Notes: generated from the sequence alone by a model not told the origin. A stretch of 62,746 nt of DNA from Patescibacteria group bacterium (GCA_043816305.1 JBDRHZ010000022.1:1-62746), one strand, 5' to 3'; positions 31,300 to 41,110 are shown, counted from the stretch's first letter. Translations and numbers: made by a program.

Positions 31300-32343
31300 T
31301 TAGGCATTCTTTTCCAGTGCTTTTTTGATAGCCTTGATCTCCTTAAATGCAACGCCTTTGCTTTTAAGCAATTTATCCTTTGTCAGCTGCTTCAATTTTT
31401 GTACAGAAGAAATTCCCTTAAGTACAAGCTTTTCCTCAAGTGTCGGTGATAATCTCAGCTTGTGAAGATCAACCACATCGGACCCTTTTCTCTTCTGTTT
31501 CTTTTTCATTTTTTTAGGAGCACTTGGAGCTGATGACTGTTTGGTTGAAAAGGAAATTTCAAATTCTTTTTCCTCGATTTTCTTCTTCTTCTTTTTCTTT
31601 TTAATAGGTTTAGGCCGCAGCTTCTCAAGTTTCTTGGTTTGGGATACTGAAGGTGTTGTTATAGGAATTGTGGGACCTGTTTCTTTTGTGCTGTCAGATA
31701 TGATTCGTCCCTGATCGAGTTTGACTACTCTCTTGCCCATCTTTTCCACAAACTCGCTTCCATGGGTTGCCATGATAATCGTAGTTCCCCACTCATTTAT
31801 TTTTTGCAAAAGATTCACTATCTCCCAGCTGGATTTTGGGTCTAGGTTCCCAGTCGGTTCATCAGCTATCAGAACTTTTGGATTGTTTGCTATGGCTCTT
31901 GCTATAGCTATCTTCTGCTTCTCTCCTCCCGAGATCTCATTTGGGAAAGCATCTGCCCGGTCAGCAAGATCTACAAGTTCAAGAACATAGTTTACCGTCT
32001 CCTGTGTATCCTCCTGGCTCTTACCTGATACCTCAAGAGCAAAAGCGATATTCTCGTAAAGATTTTTGTGGGGAAGAAGCTTGAAGTCCTGAAAAACAAC
32101 TCCTATTTCTCTTCTCAGTTTGGAGACTTGAGTTTCTTTCAGTTTGGTAATTTCAGTGTCATAAAAGTATATGTTTCCTTGGGAGGGATTTTCTTCACGA
32201 ATCAGAAGCTTGATCAGAGTAGTCTTCCCACTTCCAGATGCTCCTATCAAGAAAGTGAACTCCTGTTCGGCTATTTCGAGGTTTATATCCTTCAGGGCCT
32301 CTCTTCCGTTATAGACTTTTGAAATATTAATAAATTCAATCAT
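31300..32343 (-). CDS. ftsE: Cell division ATP-binding protein FtsE with about 125-aa C-terminal extension
   Basis: Walker A GASGSGKTT, signature ISGGEKQK and Walker B LIADEPTGNLD. These are followed by a Pro/Thr/Ser plus KKKKKKKK linker and a helical tail. Confidence 0.9.
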   Translation of the reverse strand: MIEFINISKVYNGREALKDINLEIAEQEFTFLIGASGSGKTTLIKLLIREENPSQGNIYFYDTEITKLKETQVSKLRREIGVVFQDFKLLPHKNLYENIAFALEVSGKSQEDTQETVNYVLELVDLADRADAFPNEISGGEKQKIAIARAIANNPKVLIADEPTGNLDPKSSWEIVNLLQKINEWGTTIIMATHGSEFVEKMGKRVVKLDQGRIISDSTKETGPTIPITTPSVSQTKKLEKLRPKPIKKKKKKKKIEEKEFEISFSTKQSSAPSAPKKMKKKQKRKGSDVVDLHKLRLSPTLEEKLVLKGISSVQKLKQLTKDKLLKSKGVAFKEIKAIKKALEKNA

Positions 32344-32516
32344 GGTTTCACTAATTGGTTAGAACAAACTTCGGTGTATAGTTTACTGTAGTTGGGGATA
32401 GATTTCAACTGGGGTGAGTTTACTTTAGTCATGAATTCTTTTGTTTTGGGAAGTATTTTCATATAATAGTAGGATCGTAAAGGTTTATTAGATAAAGTCA
32501 ATTTAACATTTAAGTT

Positions 32517-33050
32517 ATGAGTAGAAGAGTAAAACGAAAATCAGAAAAGATATACGCTTTTATTGATAGCCAGAACCTGAACCTCGGAACAAGTAAAAGT
32601 ATTTATAAGAAACGTAAACTGATATATAAGGGATGGAGGCTGGACTATAGGAAATTTTTAACATATCTCTCTGATAAATTTCGAGTAGATAAAGCCCTTC
32701 TTTTTATCGGCTTTATTCCTAGCAATAAGAAACTGTATTCTTCGTTGAAGAGATGGGGATATGAAATCGTTTATAAACCTACCGTTAAAGATGGTTATGG
32801 AAAACCAAAAGGAAATGTTGATGCAGAGCTAGTATTACATTCGGCCAGACTTGAATATGATAATTATGATAAAGCTGTTATCGTTTCAGGTGATGGTGAT
32901 TTCCACTGTTTGCATAAATTTCTTAAGGAAATGCATAAATTAAAAGCGATCATAATTCCAAATAAGTTCTCTGAATCGAGTCTGCTTAAAGAATTCCAGA
33001 ATCTTAAGGTCTTTCTCTATAGGGAAAAGAGTAAACTTGAATTGAGATAA
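32517..33050 (+). CDS. NYN-domain (LabA/PIN-like) protein
   Basis: YAFIDSQNLNLG, NVDAELVL and IVSGDGDFHCL are the conserved acidic motifs of NYN nucleases. Confidence 0.7.
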   Translation: MSRRVKRKSEKIYAFIDSQNLNLGTSKSIYKKRKLIYKGWRLDYRKFLTYLSDKFRVDKALLFIGFIPSNKKLYSSLKRWGYEIVYKPTVKDGYGKPKGNVDAELVLHSARLEYDNYDKAVIVSGDGDFHCLHKFLKEMHKLKAIIIPNKFSESSLLKEFQNLKVFLYREKSKLELR

Positions 33051-33179
33051 AATCGGGAGGCGTCACTCAGTATCACGTAGATACAGGGTCGTATTCTCCC
33101 TCATGATTGAATATATTATATACAATCTGAATAAAGGATGCAAAGAATAAAAACATTAATATCGTTACATCTATGCCAA

Positions 33180-33640
33180 CTCATATAATTCCGTTTCCTT
33201 CAATTCTTGCCATATTTCGAAATATTGTATCAATTCGCTGGACTAGATTAGGAATTGCTGAACTAGGTCGCCATTCAATCAACTCAGGACAGGGGAGACA
33301 TGTTCCAGTATAGGGCGATCGCTGTAGCAAAAAGAGTTACTTTGTTCTATACCATGTTGAGCTAAAGGCTCTTCCCGGGATATAGTTGTAGTCCTCTTCG
33401 TACTGATGTAGATCTCTCTCAAATATAGACTTGAGCTCTCTATTCTTTAACACTGGAAACAAGATTATTCTTCAGCCGGAACAAGTATCATACCTGCTTC
33501 GTAAATTAATCAGAAATTTGCCTATAGCAAATTAGATATAATTTCACACATTGCTCCAATCATTTACCCAAAACCTCCAAAGTTCTCTTCGTGACAATCT
33601 AAATTCTTGCAAACCAATTTTCTTGCCATGTCTATAGGTC
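33180..33640 (-). pseudogene. Possible decayed gene remnant in a 690-bp ORF-free gap
   Basis: Minus-strand fragments in different frames read like protein: ...FPVLKNRELKSIFERDLHQYEEDYNYIPGRAFSSTWYRTK* and ...EWRPSSAIPNLVQRIDTIFRNMARIEGNGII*. No intact ORF of 60 aa or more occurs on either strand. Confidence 0.25.
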
Positions 33641-33740
33641 CTACCTATAATGATCGCAGGATCCTCTCTAAGTCATCCCGCTCAGCGGGAATTCTGCCCC
33701 AAACAAGATCTGCCCGAACTTTATATTTTATTGTATTGTC

Positions 33741-34322
33741 ATGGCTGCAAAAGAAGAAGGAAGTCAGTCGCTAGGTCCGTCACTCATACTTGGGCTTATA
33801 GGAGCTGTGTTTGTTTTATTACTCTTAGGCGCCGGTATCTGGGGAGTAAGCAAGATCGTCAGTAAAATCCGGGAGAACAGAGAAGACACAAAGGAAGAAC
33901 AGGTAGCAGAAGAAGATAAGACATCTGATACAGAGACTACAGATACAAAGGAAGATACTGACAAGAAAGACTCGACTGATGAGGAAAACGGCGACAAAAC
34001 CGATGATGAGAACGGAGACATTAACGGTGATGGCGTAACCGATGAGGAGGATAAGACTGATGAGGCTGCAGAAGCATCAGAAAACGCTTCAGCAGCAATT
34101 GCGGGTATGTGGGTAGCGAACGATTATAAGAAAGGAGATATCAAGGGAGACACATACAAGGTTGTCTGGGAAGATACCTTGTGGGAGATCGCAGAAGCAA
34201 GATATGGAAGCGGATTTGAGTGGGTGAAGATACTGGATGCAAATAGCGATCAGATAGGCTTTCTTCCAAATGGAAGTCAAGCTTTGATATTTCCCGGACA
34301 AGTGTTGAATCTACCCAAATAA
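33741..34322 (+). CDS. Membrane-anchored LysM-domain protein with acidic linker
   Basis: TM segment LILGLIGAVFVLLLLGAGIWGV and an Asp/Glu/Thr/Lys linker. The C-terminal LysM reads YKVVWEDTLWEIAEARYG....W..I...N......P..I.PGQVLNLP. Confidence 0.75.
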   Translation: MAAKEEGSQSLGPSLILGLIGAVFVLLLLGAGIWGVSKIVSKIRENREDTKEEQVAEEDKTSDTETTDTKEDTDKKDSTDEENGDKTDDENGDINGDGVTDEEDKTDEAAEASENASAAIAGMWVANDYKKGDIKGDTYKVVWEDTLWEIAEARYGSGFEWVKILDANSDQIGFLPNGSQALIFPGQVLNLPK

Positions 34323-34471
34323 TAGTCCTCAACCGACAAGTGCTAGTGTAGGGAACCAGTTAGAGAGGTAAAAATTATCCAAATCTGTAGACAGTAGAGT
34401 TTGCAGATAAAAAATCTATGTAGGAGCTGCAAGCGATCTCACGTGAAATTGACTTGCAGCCCGGATATCCA

Positions 34472-34508
34472 GAAAAGAGGCTTTTATCTTAAGTAACAGC
34501 CTCTTTTC
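34472..34508. terminator. Bidirectional terminator hairpin between convergent genes
   Basis: GAAAAGAGGC-(17 nt)-GCCTCTTTTC has perfect 10-bp arms. A second hairpin GCTGCAAG...CTTGCAGC lies at 34426-34460. Confidence 0.6.
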
Positions 34509-34654
34509 TCATGAGTATCAAGTAGCATAAAGCAAATAGCGGACAGAAGATAGTGGCTGGTTCAAAGCCTGCCTACGGCATACAGGTGGTAGCTAAGCTT
34601 CTTGGTTGATGTACAGTTAACTCTTTGAATTCGTATACAAAACATTTCAACGAT

Positions 34655-35728
34655 CTAGTCCCGATTATTATCCTTCCTATATTTCAAATAATGAGTAAGC
34701 GATATCTGGAATATCGCAACTATAGGTACAGCGAGCAACGCCCCCCACAATCCCATTATCTTGGATGCGCCTAAGATTGCGATCAGTGTGAGCATGGGGT
34801 TTATACCAACCACTTTCTGCATAAGCTTAGGAACGATCAAGTAATTCTCAAATAGCTGTATAAGGACGAACCATACTGTAACAAATAATATTTTCCAGAG
34901 GGGAAAATGCGATCCTATCGACACGGTGAGTGCAAAGATAAGTGAAATGGTAGGCCCAATGCCAGGGACTGCTTCAAGCAGAGCTGCGCTGATCCCAAGC
35001 GGGATAGAAAAATCTGCGCCGATGAGTTCCAGCCCGAACCAGGCGAGAACACCAACCATAGTCATAAGCAGTACCTGTGCTCGAAGCCAAGCTCCAAGAT
35101 TTTTCTCTAGGGCATTGATAAAATTTAAAACACGCTTCTGATGTTTCCCTGGAAGTAGGCTTAAGATTTTTTGTTTAGAAGGCTCTTTAAACTGTATGAA
35201 GTATATAGAAAGAACAAATACTGAAATGACGTTTATCAACCCTCCAAATATTGAGCCAACTATACCAAAAGCCTGCTTGACGCCTGTAAAAAAGTAATCA
35301 GAAAGACTAGAGATCTGGAAATTTTGAAGGAAACTCTGCTTTAGGTTTTCAAATATCTGATCCCAATTAAATTTGTCTCTTACAAATGGTATTTTCTCGA
35401 TCAGCCAATCTGCAAAATTGGTAATTATCGTTGGGAATTCTTGTATGAAAATTTCCATTTGTGTCACGATTGGCTTATAGCTCAGAAGCAAAAGTACAAC
35501 GAGAGTTGAAAACGATAAAAAGTAGATTAGTGAAATAGATAATCCCCTAGGCATTTTCTTTACATGGAGGTAGTCAATAACAGGACTCAACATTGCCGAG
35601 ACTGAGAAAGCGATAAAGATAACGAATATGATTTCTGTGAGCTGGATGAAAAGCCAAGCGACTCCGGCAAGAACAAAAGCCTTGATGATGGTCTTTGTTG
35701 TAATCTCGATCTTGTATGATTTGTTCAT
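34655..35728 (-). CDS. AI-2E family transporter (PerM/UPF0118)
   Basis: 357 aa polytopic protein with the conserved ...LLEAVPGIGPTIS... region typical of AI-2E permeases. Confidence 0.8.
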   Translation of the reverse strand: MNKSYKIEITTKTIIKAFVLAGVAWLFIQLTEIIFVIFIAFSVSAMLSPVIDYLHVKKMPRGLSISLIYFLSFSTLVVLLLLSYKPIVTQMEIFIQEFPTIITNFADWLIEKIPFVRDKFNWDQIFENLKQSFLQNFQISSLSDYFFTGVKQAFGIVGSIFGGLINVISVFVLSIYFIQFKEPSKQKILSLLPGKHQKRVLNFINALEKNLGAWLRAQVLLMTMVGVLAWFGLELIGADFSIPLGISAALLEAVPGIGPTISLIFALTVSIGSHFPLWKILFVTVWFVLIQLFENYLIVPKLMQKVVGINPMLTLIAILGASKIMGLWGALLAVPIVAIFQISLTHYLKYRKDNNRD

Positions 35729-35789
35729 TTGGAATAAGTAATTAGGTAACTATGTAATTTAGTAATTAGTAATCGAGTTTCTCAGATAC

Positions 35790-36359
35790 TTAAGCTCCTT
35801 GTAAATTCTCTGTAACAGTTTTATTTAGATTATTTTTTGCTTTTGTGATTTCTTTGTATACATCTCGGAGAAGTATGATAGTAGCAAGGAATGTACAGCA
35901 AAGACTAAGGACACCGGTCCAGGGAAACGCTCTTGCTAGTATCACATTGACAAGGAGCGCCAGCAGCGAAAGCCAAAGAACTATCAGCCACACACTGGCC
36001 TGAAAATATATCTCGAATGAATCTCCCACTAGGTTTAACAAATTGCTGGTTGCAAGTTTGGCTATGGTCTTGGGTGAAATTTTGGCAGAACTAAAGAAAA
36101 CTGCACGTATCAAAATTGCTAGAAAGCCTATGAAAACAAAAAGGAACATGACAATGTTTGAGTAAGAGGTTGCTGTGATCTGCTGATCCAGCGTCGGATA
36201 TACTACTTTTACTGAGAAGAAATTATTAGGGTCATTTAATATACCCCAGTCGAGTTTGAAGACCGTATTTGCAAACCAAAGCCCTGCAACTTTCCCGCAA
36301 ATCATCACTGCTGCTGGTATAAGCGCAGTATCTATTAACTTGGTAAGAGATTTCGACAT
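35790..36359 (-). CDS. Integral membrane protein, function unknown
   Basis: 189 aa with 4-5 hydrophobic helices. Confidence 0.5.
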   Translation of the reverse strand: MSKSLTKLIDTALIPAAVMICGKVAGLWFANTVFKLDWGILNDPNNFFSVKVVYPTLDQQITATSYSNIVMFLFVFIGFLAILIRAVFFSSAKISPKTIAKLATSNLLNLVGDSFEIYFQASVWLIVLWLSLLALLVNVILARAFPWTGVLSLCCTFLATIILLRDVYKEITKAKNNLNKTVTENLQGA

Positions 36360-36412
36360 GTCAATTTTTGATTACTTAAATCTATTATAACGAGAATGGC
36401 AGAGAAAGCAAA

Positions 36413-36552
36413 GTCGTAAACCGTAGACTGTAAGCCGTAATCCGTAACCCATAGGCTGTAGGTACAATCGAATATTTGAATAACTGTATACGGGATCACA
36501 GAATACGGATAAAGGAATACAGACTAAGGCTTACGGATTACAGCTTACGATC
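36413..36552. repeat. Long degenerate 7-nt-phased tract (CGTAANC type) running into the umuC stop
   Basis: tcgtaaa ccgtaga ctgtaag ccgtaat ccgtaac ccatagg ctgtagg ... acagaat acggata aaggaat acagact aaggctt acggatt acagctt acgatca. The last units encode the UmuC C-terminal residues. Confidence 0.7.
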
Positions 36553-37835
36553 AACAGTTCTCCCCAATCTGTTGTATATCTTTTTGACACTCTCGTTCGC
36601 TGATACAGCCACGGTTTCCTGATCCCTTCGCTGAGCAATTTTACCTGTCCCCTGCCCCATTTCCTGTTTATGGCGTCGATTGTATTCATCAGAGTTTTTG
36701 CTTTCCCATTAGATTTATCTGATTTGAAGATACTTGTCTGTTTTTGTACTTCCGGCTCGATCCCGGATAAGAGAACACCTGATTGCTTGTAGCGGTAGCC
36801 TTTCTTGAATATGTTCCGCAGAGCAAGCAGTGCATATTTGGTAAGGAGAATTGTGCTGGAGGTCGCTTTAGGAAGTCTGATGTGGTAAGAGTTTGAATAA
36901 TATCCGCCTTTAAATCTGTTCGTTCTGACAAAGACGATCACGATATTTGCCAGAGAATTTTGATTTCTGAGTTTCTCTGAAGCTGTAGCAGTAAAGGAAG
37001 CAATCGCTTCCTCTAGGTCCTGGTAATCTGTCACTTCGCCTCCGAAAGTTCTTGTGGTGCTGATTCCTTTTTGCGGTTGTGGATTGGTATCGAGATCGAA
37101 GCATCTTTCACCGCGCAACTCCAGAACGCATCTTTCTCCAAGCACGGTCATTTTCTTTCTCATGTATTTGCTATCGGCGTGTTTGAGATTTTTTGCGGTA
37201 TAAATCCCTATAGCCTCTAGTTTCTTTGAATACTGTCTTCCCACTCCCCAGATATCTCTTACAGGAATTCTTTCTAAATAATCATCTACTTCCTTATCTA
37301 AAAGTCTTGTGAAGTCTAAAACACCGTTAAGCGATGGATCTTTTTTTGCGATCTCATTTGCCGCTTTTGTAAGCGTCTTGGTCGAGGCGATTCCTATAGA
37401 AACCGGTAGTCCTGTCCACCTTAGAATTGTCTGGCGGATTTTTTGAGAATATGCCTGGTAATCAGATATGTGCAGATTTGAGAATGATAAGAATGCTTCA
37501 TCTATAGAATAGATCTCAATTTCGGGAGTAAATTTTCTTAGAGTTTTCATGACTCTAGCTGACAAATCTGCATAGAGAGGAAAATTTGCCGAAAAAACCT
37601 GGATATTATGCTTTCTTACAAGATCTCTGCATTTGAAAGCAGGCTCAGCCATTTTGACGCCCAGTGCCTTTACTTCATTTGATCTGGCGATGACACAGCC
37701 GTCGTTGTTAGAAAGGACCATGATTGGAATATTATTTAGTTCCGGAGCAAAAACTCTCTCGCATGAAACGTAGAAATTATTGCAGTCGAGAAGAGCATAT
37801 ATCTGTGAGGTATTGGTTGAGCTATTGTTGTTCAC
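36531..37835 (-). CDS. umuC: Y-family translesion DNA polymerase V catalytic subunit UmuC
   Basis: N-terminus YALLDCNNFYVSCERVFAPELNNIPIMVLSNNDGCVIARSNEVKALGVKM is the UmuC signature. umuD lies upstream on the same strand. Confidence 0.9.
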   Translation of the reverse strand: MNNNSSTNTSQIYALLDCNNFYVSCERVFAPELNNIPIMVLSNNDGCVIARSNEVKALGVKMAEPAFKCRDLVRKHNIQVFSANFPLYADLSARVMKTLRKFTPEIEIYSIDEAFLSFSNLHISDYQAYSQKIRQTILRWTGLPVSIGIASTKTLTKAANEIAKKDPSLNGVLDFTRLLDKEVDDYLERIPVRDIWGVGRQYSKKLEAIGIYTAKNLKHADSKYMRKKMTVLGERCVLELRGERCFDLDTNPQPQKGISTTRTFGGEVTDYQDLEEAIASFTATASEKLRNQNSLANIVIVFVRTNRFKGGYYSNSYHIRLPKATSSTILLTKYALLALRNIFKKGYRYKQSGVLLSGIEPEVQKQTSIFKSDKSNGKAKTLMNTIDAINRKWGRGQVKLLSEGIRKPWLYQRTRVSKRYTTDWGELLIVSCNP

Positions 37836-37877
37836 TGTTAGACTGACTTTTTTATGATTTGTGAGTGCCTTCAGCGG

Positions 37878-38237
37878 TCAGCATTCAGCTCTCAGCTTTT
37901 TTATAAACTTTGCCAGCATTTTCTTTACTTCTTGTATGTTTCGAGTTGATTTCAAATAATCATTCTCGTTCAAGTATCCGAGTTGATTTGACAAGAGCAG
38001 AAGATACTCAGTTTCACTTGCTGATCCCATAGAAATCTGAAGAAACCGGGCTAAGTCCTTATCAGTAGATCTTCCGCAGCCCTCTGAGATATTTATTGGA
38101 ACAGAACTGGAGGCTCTCCTTAACTGATTTGTTAGTCCGTAAAGTTCTTCTTTAGGAAAATTCGTTGTTATTGTATAAACTTCGAGTGTGAGCTTATGAG
38201 ATTTTTCCCAAACCTTTAAGTCTCTAAAGTTTTTCAT
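37878..38237 (-). CDS. Four-helix-bundle protein (23S rRNA intervening-sequence / Avd-like family)
   Basis: 119 aa: FRDLKVWEKSHKLTLEVY..T..FPKEELYGLTNQLRRASSSVPINISEG..R.....F..F..IS.GSASE is the family pattern. It is inserted between umuD and umuC. Confidence 0.85.
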   Translation of the reverse strand: MKNFRDLKVWEKSHKLTLEVYTITTNFPKEELYGLTNQLRRASSSVPINISEGCGRSTDKDLARFLQISMGSASETEYLLLLSNQLGYLNENDYLKSTRNIQEVKKMLAKFIKKLRAEC

Positions 38238-38265
38238 ACAGACTTAGATAAAATATAAAGTAGTG

Positions 38266-38712
38266 TTAGATTCTACCAGTAGTGAGCAGATCGCTGACAG
38301 CTGTAAGCTGATTCCTGACTGCTGACAGCCTCTTTATAACAAACGTCACTACCCCCCAAACCTGAAAGTCCATTTCTTCAGTGATCCTGATCGGCTTGAA
38401 ACTGCTGTTTTCTGGGATTAGAAATACTTGTTTCTGGCTGATGCGGATTCTCTTTACAGTAAATTCTCCATCTATAAATCCGATGATGATATTTCCGCTA
38501 CGGGCTTCGAGTGCGCGGTCTACGATCAGAAGATCTCCGTCAGATATGCCGCCATTCTGCATAGAAACTCCCTTTGCTCTAACGAAAAATGTAGCTGCTG
38601 GGTGCTTGATCAGATATTCGTTTAGGTCCAGTTTTCTCTCGCTGAAATCATCTGCAGGGCTGGGAAATCCAGCGGATACAGTTGCTTCTGATAGGATTAT
38701 TCTAGCTGTCAT
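38266..38712 (-). CDS. umuD: UmuD / LexA-like S24 self-cleaving peptidase
   Basis: VSAGFPSPADD, GVSMQNGGISDGDLLIVDR (Ser nucleophile) and TVKR (Lys). The C-terminal about 20 aa are encoded by a CTGACAG-type heptamer tract. Confidence 0.85.
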   Translation of the reverse strand: MTARIILSEATVSAGFPSPADDFSERKLDLNEYLIKHPAATFFVRAKGVSMQNGGISDGDLLIVDRALEARSGNIIIGFIDGEFTVKRIRISQKQVFLIPENSSFKPIRITEEMDFQVWGVVTFVIKRLSAVRNQLTAVSDLLTTGRI

Positions 38713-38892
38713 TTATATAGAACAAGATATAGAACAGCCGATTGTACACTGAAGAAAAAAGTTTTGCAAAGATTTGAGAAGTTTTGAAATCTTTTAAGAC
38801 GCAGTGTAGATGTTAAGTGTCATTGGGAAATGGAAGTAATGAGGAACCTGTGAAGCAAATGATCGGGAAATTAAAAGTGTCTTGCCAGAATA

Positions 38893-39174
38893 TTACTTCT
38901 TCTTTGAATCCTTTTTGGACTTGTTGATATGAACAGCAAGTCTGGATTTGTACCTAGAAGCGGTATTTTTGTGGATCAGGTTTGTTTTTGCTGCTTTATC
39001 GATCTTTTTAGTAGCTTCAGAATATTTTTTCAAAGCTTTTTCTGTTTCACCTTTATCTGCTAATGTTCTGACATCTTTTATCAATTTCCTCATCTCTCTT
39101 CTCTGAGCCAGATTTTTGAGAGTTTTTGTTTTTGTCTGCCGAATAGCTTTTTTTGCTGATTTGATATTTGCCAT
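38893..39174 (-). CDS. rpsT: 30S ribosomal protein S20
   Basis: MANIKSAKKAIRQTKTKTLKN...; basic, 93 aa. Confidence 0.9.
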   Translation of the reverse strand: MANIKSAKKAIRQTKTKTLKNLAQRREMRKLIKDVRTLADKGETEKALKKYSEATKKIDKAAKTNLIHKNTASRYKSRLAVHINKSKKDSKKK

Positions 39175-39330
39175 AAACGAATCAAAGTAACTTATTAATT
39201 AAAACATTATTTATCGAAAATTACTATATCACAAGAAATTGTTTATTTCCAGCTAACTGAAGAGTGATTTTAGCAGATAAAAGTGATTACAGCAACAGGA
39301 TTCCAGGTAAGAACTTGATCGATCAAATTC

Positions 39331-40890
39331 CTATTTAAGAAGCTTTTTAATATTTTCTACAGTCTTCCTATTTTTAACGACCGACTGAAGTTCGTCTAGC
39401 TTTGCTTTTCGAATGTTCTCTGCCGAACCAAAGGCTTTCAGAAGCTTTCTCCTTACAACTTTTCCTATCCCAGGTATTTCATCAAGTACAGATTTTACCT
39501 GCTTTTTACTTCTGAGAATTCTATGATATTTGATGGCGAAACGGTGCGCTTCGTCGCGTATTCTCTGTACTAGAAAGAATTCTTTTGACCCGCGGGGGAG
39601 TTTGATGCTTCTAAAATTTCTATTCTCAAATTTAAATAGCATCTCTTCTTTCTTGGCTAATCCTACAACTGGAATTTCGATTTCCTGCTTTTTAAAGATT
39701 TGAAGTACAGATGAGAGCTGTCCCTTTCCTCCGTCAACGATTACTAAGTCTGGATACGTATTAAAGCTCTTATCAGATTTCTTGCCTCCAGAAGGTTTGA
39801 ATCTTCTTTCAAATACTTCTTTTAACATTGCAAAATCATCAGGCCCCGTTTTTGTTTTTATCTTAAATTTTCTGTAGCTTGCTTTGTCAGGTTTTCCATC
39901 AACAAATACTACCATAGATCCTGTAGCAGATTTGCCCGAGATATTTGATATGTCGTAGCACTCAATTCTGAAGCCTTTTTTAAAAGTATAATCATCTCTG
40001 CCAGAGGCAGATCCGCTCTGGGCGGAAATTTTCAATTTTTCAATTAAGTTTTTTACTGCTTCTGCTTGAGACAGCTTTTTGTTTTCATTAAATACAAATT
40101 CGTCCATGTCTTTTTCTATCTCCATTCTTTGGGCGATGTACTTCAGATCTTCAAGTTTATTTCTGATGATCGCTGCGTTTTCAAACTTCTTTCTTTCGGC
40201 ACAATTTTTCATCTCTTTTTCCAATGTTTCTATGATTTTAAACTTTCTATTTCTGAAATAATGCTTGATGTTGTTTACATTCTTTCTGTATGTTTGTTTA
40301 GAAATATCGCCCGTGCAGGGTGCATCACAAAGGTTGAGATGAAAGTAGAGGCAGGGTTTTTTGTCTGAGCTGTAGAATTTAAGTTTTCCGTCATTGCCTC
40401 TTATGAACCTGATTTCACGGTTGCATGATCTGTATGGGAAGATTTTCCGGAGCTGTTTGAGTGCTCTTTGGATAGGTCTTCTATCGGCATATGGTCCGAA
40501 GTAGTCGGCAGATTTTATTTTCTTGTCACGAACCAGGTAGATTCGTGGGAAGTCCTCTCTTTTCGAAATCATTAGCCAGGAATAATTCTTATCGTCTTTC
40601 ATCATTCTATTGTACTTTGGCTGATATTTCTTTATCAGATTTGTTTCAAGAATTAAAGCCTCAAGTTCGCTGTCTGTTGTTATAAATTCTACATCCTTTA
40701 CTTGGGCTATCATAAGCGCAATCTTAGGATCTAGCTGTTTGAAGTTTGAAAAGTAAGAATTCACCCGGTTTTTTATATTTACAGCTTTTCCGATGTACAG
40801 GATCTTAGCTTTCTTGTTTCTGTAAATATAGCATCCAGGAGATTTTGGAGCCGTTTTGATTTTGTTGAGTAGGGTTTCTGGGAACTGCAT
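39331..40890 (-). CDS. uvrC: Excinuclease ABC subunit C
   Basis: GIY-YIG (GCYIYRNKKAKILYIGKAVNIKNRVNSYF), UVR domain (FENAAIIRNKLEDLKY), endonuclease domain (RIECYDISN) and C-terminal HhH (IPGIGKVVRRKLLKAFGS). Confidence 0.92.
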   Translation of the reverse strand: MQFPETLLNKIKTAPKSPGCYIYRNKKAKILYIGKAVNIKNRVNSYFSNFKQLDPKIALMIAQVKDVEFITTDSELEALILETNLIKKYQPKYNRMMKDDKNYSWLMISKREDFPRIYLVRDKKIKSADYFGPYADRRPIQRALKQLRKIFPYRSCNREIRFIRGNDGKLKFYSSDKKPCLYFHLNLCDAPCTGDISKQTYRKNVNNIKHYFRNRKFKIIETLEKEMKNCAERKKFENAAIIRNKLEDLKYIAQRMEIEKDMDEFVFNENKKLSQAEAVKNLIEKLKISAQSGSASGRDDYTFKKGFRIECYDISNISGKSATGSMVVFVDGKPDKASYRKFKIKTKTGPDDFAMLKEVFERRFKPSGGKKSDKSFNTYPDLVIVDGGKGQLSSVLQIFKKQEIEIPVVGLAKKEEMLFKFENRNFRSIKLPRGSKEFFLVQRIRDEAHRFAIKYHRILRSKKQVKSVLDEIPGIGKVVRRKLLKAFGSAENIRKAKLDELQSVVKNRKTVENIKKLLK

Positions 40891-41040
40891 GAGGGAATTA
40901 TAGCAGTAATTGGGAAGAAGTGTATAGCGAGATGATTAGATGAATATAGCTAATCAAGCGACTAGGGATACTGGATACTGACTACACAAGCTGTCGAATA
41001 TTCGGAATGTAGAGTGTAAAGTGCAAAATGTAAGACTATT

Positions 41041-41110
41041 ATGTTAATTAAATTGATCAAGGTGATTGAAATGATCGAGCTGATCAAGACGATCTAATCG
41101 ATTAATGATA
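41041..41110. repeat. 9-nt-phased degenerate tract rich in GATC
   Basis: aaattgatc aaggtgatt gaaatgatc gagctgatc aagacgatc taatcgatt. GATC occurs at 41055, 41073, 41082 and 41091 (spacings 18, 9, 9). Confidence 0.7.

Noticed and set aside
37878-38237. Diversity-generating retroelement around the Avd-like gene
   Set aside because: No reverse transcriptase ORF and no template/variable repeat pair are visible in the neighbourhood.
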